DNA of 34,874 bases from positions 1,984 to 36,857 of the forward strand of contig JAUQVK010000092.1 of the NCBI GenBank assembly GCA_039794845.1, read 5' to 3'. The notes beneath the pieces were generated by a model. It saw nothing but the letters and a program-made list of their open reading frames with translations. It searched no databases and had not been told where the DNA came from. The DNA is from Thermostichus sp. DRC_bins_24 (GTDB lineage Bacteria; Cyanobacteriota; Cyanobacteriia; Thermostichales; Thermostichaceae). This document shows positions 30,711-34,874 of this stretch, piece by piece. How positions within the stretch are numbered: the first letter of the stretch is position 1; each line of letters opens with the position of its first letter. The position numbers and the translations under genes are program-made.

Positions 30711-30966
30711 AAGTCCCGCGCTCTATCCGCTAGGGTGTTGGCGTTAGCCTGCCGCTAGGCATTGCGTCGGGAGAATGTCACAATACGTCAATAAGTGCAT
30801 GGTTTTCTTCTCTTTTATCGCTAGCTTCGCCTCTTCTTAAAAGGAGACAAAAGCACATACCAATCTGTAGGAAAACTGCTCAAGGGCCATAGAGCGCATC
30901 TACACTGTGAAAAACAGTTGGGTACTGGACTTTTCACTACGACTTATTCCCAGAAATTCACAGCCT

Positions 30967-33900
30967 ATGGCGAACCTTGAAGATCTCACCCGTGGTACTA
31001 CTGTCAAAGGCATTCTGCCAACTCATAACGTCATTGTCATTGATGCGAAGTGGCATGGCAGTGACGTGGTTGAACTGACCTATAAGGATGCGAACGGTCA
31101 ACCTCACACTGAAATCCTGTTTCGCGATCGCGAGCCCACTTTGGAAATTGTCACGGGCGGACAACCGTGGAGCTTTGATGGGGATGGGGCGTTGCTGCGG
31201 TTGGTTTCCGAAGCCCATCGCATTCGGCTGGCTCACCTATTTGATCCGCTGCTGGCGGTGCATACATCCTTGGTGGAACCTTTGCCCCACCAGATCACGG
31301 CGGTGTATGGCGAGATGCTGACCCGTCAACCGCTGCGGTTTCTTCTGGCGGATGATCCAGGAGCCGGCAAAACCATCATGGCAGGACTGTTGATCCGAGA
31401 ACTGCTAATCCGGGGGGACTTACAGCGATGTCTGATCGTTTGCCCCGGCAGTCTGGCGGTACAGTGGCAGGATGAACTGTTTCAGAAATTTCATCTGCCC
31501 TTTGAGATCCTGACCAATGACCGGATCGAAGCGGCTCGCACGGGGAACGCCTTTGCAGAAATGCCACTGGTCATCGTGCGGTTGGACAAGCTCAGTCGCA
31601 ATGACGATCTGCAAGCCAAGCTCAGGCAAACCGATTGGGACTTGGTGGTGGTGGATGAGGCGCATAAACTGTCGGCCTCGTTCTTTGGAGGAGAAATCAA
31701 GGAAACGAAACGCTACAAGCTCGGCAAGCTGCTGTCCACGCTGACTCGCCATTTTTTGCTGATGACGGCAACACCTCACAATGGCAAAGAGGAAGACTTC
31801 CAGCTTTTCTTAGCGCTGTTGGATGGCGATCGCTTTGAAGGGCGATTCCGAGATGGGGTACATGCTTGTGATACATCTGATCTCATGCGTCGCCTGGTTA
31901 AAGAAGACCTGCTCAAGTTTGATGGCAAACCCCTCTTTCCCGAACGTCGGGCACACACAGTAAAGTATGTCCTGTCTGATCTAGAAGCCGTTCTTTACAA
32001 GCAAGTCACCGATTACGTCCGGGAGGAATTTAACCGCGCCGAAGCCTTAGCCAATGATGGCCGCAAAGGAACCGTTGGCTTTGCCTTGACCATCCTGCAA
32101 CGTCGCCTTGCCTCTTCTCCAGAAGCCATTTACCAGTCCCTGCGGCGACGACGGGAACGGCTACAGAAGCGGTTGCGGGAGGAAGAACTCTTAAAGAGGG
32201 GGCTATCAGCGGAGATCGACTTTGGCTCCACCATTGACCCAGACGATTGGGACGATGATTTCGAGGATTTTTCTAGTGATGAGCGCGAGCGTCGAGAAGA
32301 AGAGGTAGTAGATCTAGCAACGGCAGCTCGCACAATCGCGGAGCTACAGGCCGAGATTGAACGGCTACAGGAGTTGGAGGCGTTGGCGTTGCGGGTGCGA
32401 CGCAGTGGCAAGGATCGCAAATGGGATGAGCTATCTAAGCTGTTACAGAATAGCGCAGAGATGTTTGATGCCGGTGGCCACCGACGCAAGCTTGTGATCT
32501 TCACCGAACATCGGGACACCCTAAACTATCTTGTCGAACAAATTACGACGCTGATTGGGCGACCGGAGGCAGTGGTCACGATTCACGGTGGTATGGGTCG
32601 GGAAGAGCGCAAAAAGGCAGAGGAAGCCTTCAAGCAAGATGTCACCGTGCAAGTGTTGATTGCGACGGATGCGGCGGGGGAGGGGATTAACCTGCAACGG
32701 GCGCATTTGATGGTGAACTACGATCTGCCTTGGAACCCAAATCGACTAGAACAACGCTTCGGGCGCATTCACCGGATTGGGCAAACAGAGGTCTGTCATC
32801 TGTGGAATCTGGTGGCAGAGGAAACCCGTGAAGGCGATGTCTACATCGCACTACTGAAGAAACTGGAAATCGAGCAAAAAGCCCTCGGTGGCAAGGTTTT
32901 TGATGTGTTGGGCAAAGCGATCGCTGGGAAGGAGCTGCGAGAACTCCTGATTGAAGCGATTCGCTACGGCGATCGCCCAGAGGTAAAAGCAAAGCTTGAC
33001 CAGGTGGTTGCCGATCGCCTTGACCAAAGTCGGTTGCGAGCGTTGCTGGAGGAACGCGCCCTGGCACGGGACTCGATGGATGCGACCAAGGTGCAGCAGA
33101 TTCGCCAGGAGATGGAGCGCGCCGAAGCCCGCAAACTTCAGCCCCATTTTATTGCCTCCTTTTTCTTAGAAGCTTTCCAACGATTGGGTGGCACGATTCG
33201 GCAGCGGGAGCCCAAGCGCTATGAAATTACCCATGTGCCGGCGGTGATTCGCAATCGCGACCGCCTTATTGGCGTGGGTGAAGCCATTCTGAAACGGTAT
33301 GAGCGGATTTGTTTTGAGAAAGACCTGATCAGTATTCCGGGAAAACCCCTGGCGACTTTTGTCTGCCCGGGCCATCCCCTGCTCGATGCAGTGCTTGATT
33401 TGACATTAGAGCGTCATCGGAATTTGCTCCGGCAGGGTGCCATTCTGGTAGACGAAAACGATCCGGGGGAAGAAGTCCGTGCGCTGGTGTATTTGGAGCA
33501 TTCGATTCAGGATGCGCGGACTGACAGGGATGGTCGGCGGCGAGTGGTGTCACGTCGAATGCAGTATGTGGAGATTTTTGACCCTCATCCCCTAGCCCCT
33601 TCTCCCACTAGGGGAGAAGAGGGACAAGAGAATTTCCCTCCCCTCTCCCGTTCTGGGAGAGGGGTCGGGGGTGAGGGCGAGAGGGTAAGAAACGCTGGCT
33701 ATGCCCCCTATCTTGACTATCGACCATTAGAGGAGACTGAAAAACCTTTGCTGGAATCAACGCTGAATCATTTAGGTCTTCGCGATGATATTGAAAGCAA
33801 AGCGACCAGCTATGCCATTGCTCACCTAGTGCCAAACCATCTTCAAGAGGTGCGGCAACGGAAGGAAGAGCTGATTGAAAAGACGGTGTGGGCGGTGAAG

Positions 33901-34626
33901 GATCGCCTGACGAAGGAAATTAACTATTGGGATCAACGGGCAGCGGATCTGCGCTTACAGGAGCAAGCAGGCAAGCCCAATGCCAAGCTTAACTCTGCCA
34001 AGGCTCAACAACGGGCCGATGAACTCGCCGCACGGCTGCAAAAACGCCTGGCTGAATTAGAGCAGGAACGCAAGCTCTCCCCCTTGCCACCCGTGGTTGT
34101 TGGTGCAGCGCTGGTGGTGCCGATCGGTCTATTGCAACGGCTGCAAGGCAAACGGGAAGCGGCGACCAGTGCCTTTGCCAAAGAAACCCAGCGAGTGGAG
34201 CAAGCGGCAATGGCAGCCGTCATGGCCACAGAGCGGGCGTTGGGCTATGAACCCCGGGATGTGAGTGATCAGAAGTGTGGGTATGATATTGAATCTTCGG
34301 CCGGGGGTGAGGGCTTACGATTTATTGAGGTGAAGGGTCGGATCGCGGGGGCGGAAACGGTTACCGTCACCAAAAATGAAATCTTAACGGCACTGAACAA
34401 GCCGGACAACTTTATCCTGGCATTGGTGCAGGTGCCAATGGATGAGAATTTTCGGGAAGGAGATGCCTTCAAGGTCAAGACACCTCCTGGGCGTTACTCT
34501 GTTCCAGGGGAAGGTTGTGTGGTGCGATATGTTCGGCGACCGTTTCAGCGGGAGCCAGACTTTGGGGCGAGTAGTGTGAATTATGAGTGGCGGGAGTTGT
34601 GGGAGCGAGGGACAAAACCTGAATAA
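30967..34626 (+). CDS. SNF2-family helicase with C-terminal DUF3883 (PD-(D/E)xK-like) nuclease domain, probable anti-phage defence component
   Basis: PLPHQ, LADDPGAGKT, VVDEAH, MTATPH, DAAGEGINLQ, PWNPNRLEQRFGRIHRIGQ; C-terminal GYDIES..FIEVKGR..VT.NE. Start taken as the ATG at 30967. Confidence 0.9.
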   Translation: MANLEDLTRGTTVKGILPTHNVIVIDAKWHGSDVVELTYKDANGQPHTEILFRDREPTLEIVTGGQPWSFDGDGALLRLVSEAHRIRLAHLFDPLLAVHTSLVEPLPHQITAVYGEMLTRQPLRFLLADDPGAGKTIMAGLLIRELLIRGDLQRCLIVCPGSLAVQWQDELFQKFHLPFEILTNDRIEAARTGNAFAEMPLVIVRLDKLSRNDDLQAKLRQTDWDLVVVDEAHKLSASFFGGEIKETKRYKLGKLLSTLTRHFLLMTATPHNGKEEDFQLFLALLDGDRFEGRFRDGVHACDTSDLMRRLVKEDLLKFDGKPLFPERRAHTVKYVLSDLEAVLYKQVTDYVREEFNRAEALANDGRKGTVGFALTILQRRLASSPEAIYQSLRRRRERLQKRLREEELLKRGLSAEIDFGSTIDPDDWDDDFEDFSSDERERREEEVVDLATAARTIAELQAEIERLQELEALALRVRRSGKDRKWDELSKLLQNSAEMFDAGGHRRKLVIFTEHRDTLNYLVEQITTLIGRPEAVVTIHGGMGREERKKAEEAFKQDVTVQVLIATDAAGEGINLQRAHLMVNYDLPWNPNRLEQRFGRIHRIGQTEVCHLWNLVAEETREGDVYIALLKKLEIEQKALGGKVFDVLGKAIAGKELRELLIEAIRYGDRPEVKAKLDQVVADRLDQSRLRALLEERALARDSMDATKVQQIRQEMERAEARKLQPHFIASFFLEAFQRLGGTIRQREPKRYEITHVPAVIRNRDRLIGVGEAILKRYERICFEKDLISIPGKPLATFVCPGHPLLDAVLDLTLERHRNLLRQGAILVDENDPGEEVRALVYLEHSIQDARTDRDGRRRVVSRRMQYVEIFDPHPLAPSPTRGEEGQENFPPLSRSGRGVGGEGERVRNAGYAPYLDYRPLEETEKPLLESTLNHLGLRDDIESKATSYAIAHLVPNHLQEVRQRKEELIEKTVWAVKDRLTKEINYWDQRAADLRLQEQAGKPNAKLNSAKAQQRADELAARLQKRLAELEQERKLSPLPPVVVGAALVVPIGLLQRLQGKREAATSAFAKETQRVEQAAMAAVMATERALGYEPRDVSDQKCGYDIESSAGGEGLRFIEVKGRIAGAETVTVTKNEILTALNKPDNFILALVQVPMDENFREGDAFKVKTPPGRYSVPGEGCVVRYVRRPFQREPDFGASSVNYEWRELWERGTKPE
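33582..33677. repeat. 96-bp in-frame palindromic (REP-like) insertion inside the helicase gene
   Basis: CCCTCATCCCC..GGGGGTGAGGG terminal pairing with two internal hairpins (CTTCTCCC/GGGAGAAG and CCCCTCTCCC/GGGAGAGGGG); encodes PHPLAPSPTRGEEGQENFPPLSRSGRGVGGEG. Confidence 0.8.
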
Positions 34627-34656
34627 GTATCCATATTTATGGGATGGGATAAAACC

Positions 34657-34874
34657 ATGTTATTAGAGTTACGACGCATCAAGGTTCCTCCTGGTCAGCG
34701 AGTTATTTTACAGGATATCTCTTGGCAAGAGTTTGAAACTATTCTGGATGAACTCGGTGAGCATCGCGGCTCCCGATTGGCGTATGACAACGGGTTGCTG
34801 GAGATGATGATACCGTTACCGGAGCATGAGGATGATAAGGAGATTATTAGTGATTTGATCAAGGCTTTGTTAGA
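34657..34874 (+). CDS. Uma2 (DUF820) family endonuclease, 3' partial
   Basis: MLLELRRIKVPPGQRVILQDISWQEFETILDELGEHRGSRLAYDNGLLEMMIPLPEHE.. is a typical cyanobacterial Uma2 N-terminus; runs off the window and is not in the ORF track. Confidence 0.88.
   Translation, partial: MLLELRRIKVPPGQRVILQDISWQEFETILDELGEHRGSRLAYDNGLLEMMIPLPEHEDDKEIISDLIKALL

Noticed and set aside
30344..30790. Integron attC sites (GCTAAC and GTTAGCC-like words)
   Set aside because: No convincing paired R and L boxes and no integrase in the window.
1..34874. Numerous overlapping and antisense ORFs of 60-280 aa in the track
   Set aside because: They are shadows of well-supported genes in GC-rich DNA and show no recognisable motifs.

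Overview
Cyanobacterial chromosomal DNA, most likely from the thermophilic Thermostichus / Yellowstone-type Synechococcus lineage, judged from the very frequent GGGATCCC octamer and the gene content. 1-29841 is mostly core genome: three histidine kinases, a Flv1-type flavodiiron protein, a P-type ATPase, iscA, rnz, rpmG-rpsR-dusB, mreBCD, yebC, rbsK and argJ. It also carries three nitrogen-scavenging units: rutC-rutB, a guanidine-I riboswitch controlling guanidine hydrolase plus a HypA-type chaperone, and a NitT/TauT-type ABC ATPase and permease. The rut and ABC units have NtcA-type promoters. From about 29860 the window is accessory DNA. A DUF6888/DUF6887-like gene pair is disrupted by two tandem TA-targeting MITEs; deleting them restores the frame, and a third copy lies at 22602-22788. 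A patch of small palindromic repeats follows, then an SNF2 helicase-DUF3883 gene and a partial Uma2 gene. The helicase gene carries GCGATCGC instead of the host GGGATCCC and contains a 96-bp in-frame palindromic insertion; it probably starts a horizontally acquired defence operon that continues beyond the window. All calls come from reading motifs by eye; no database searches were run.
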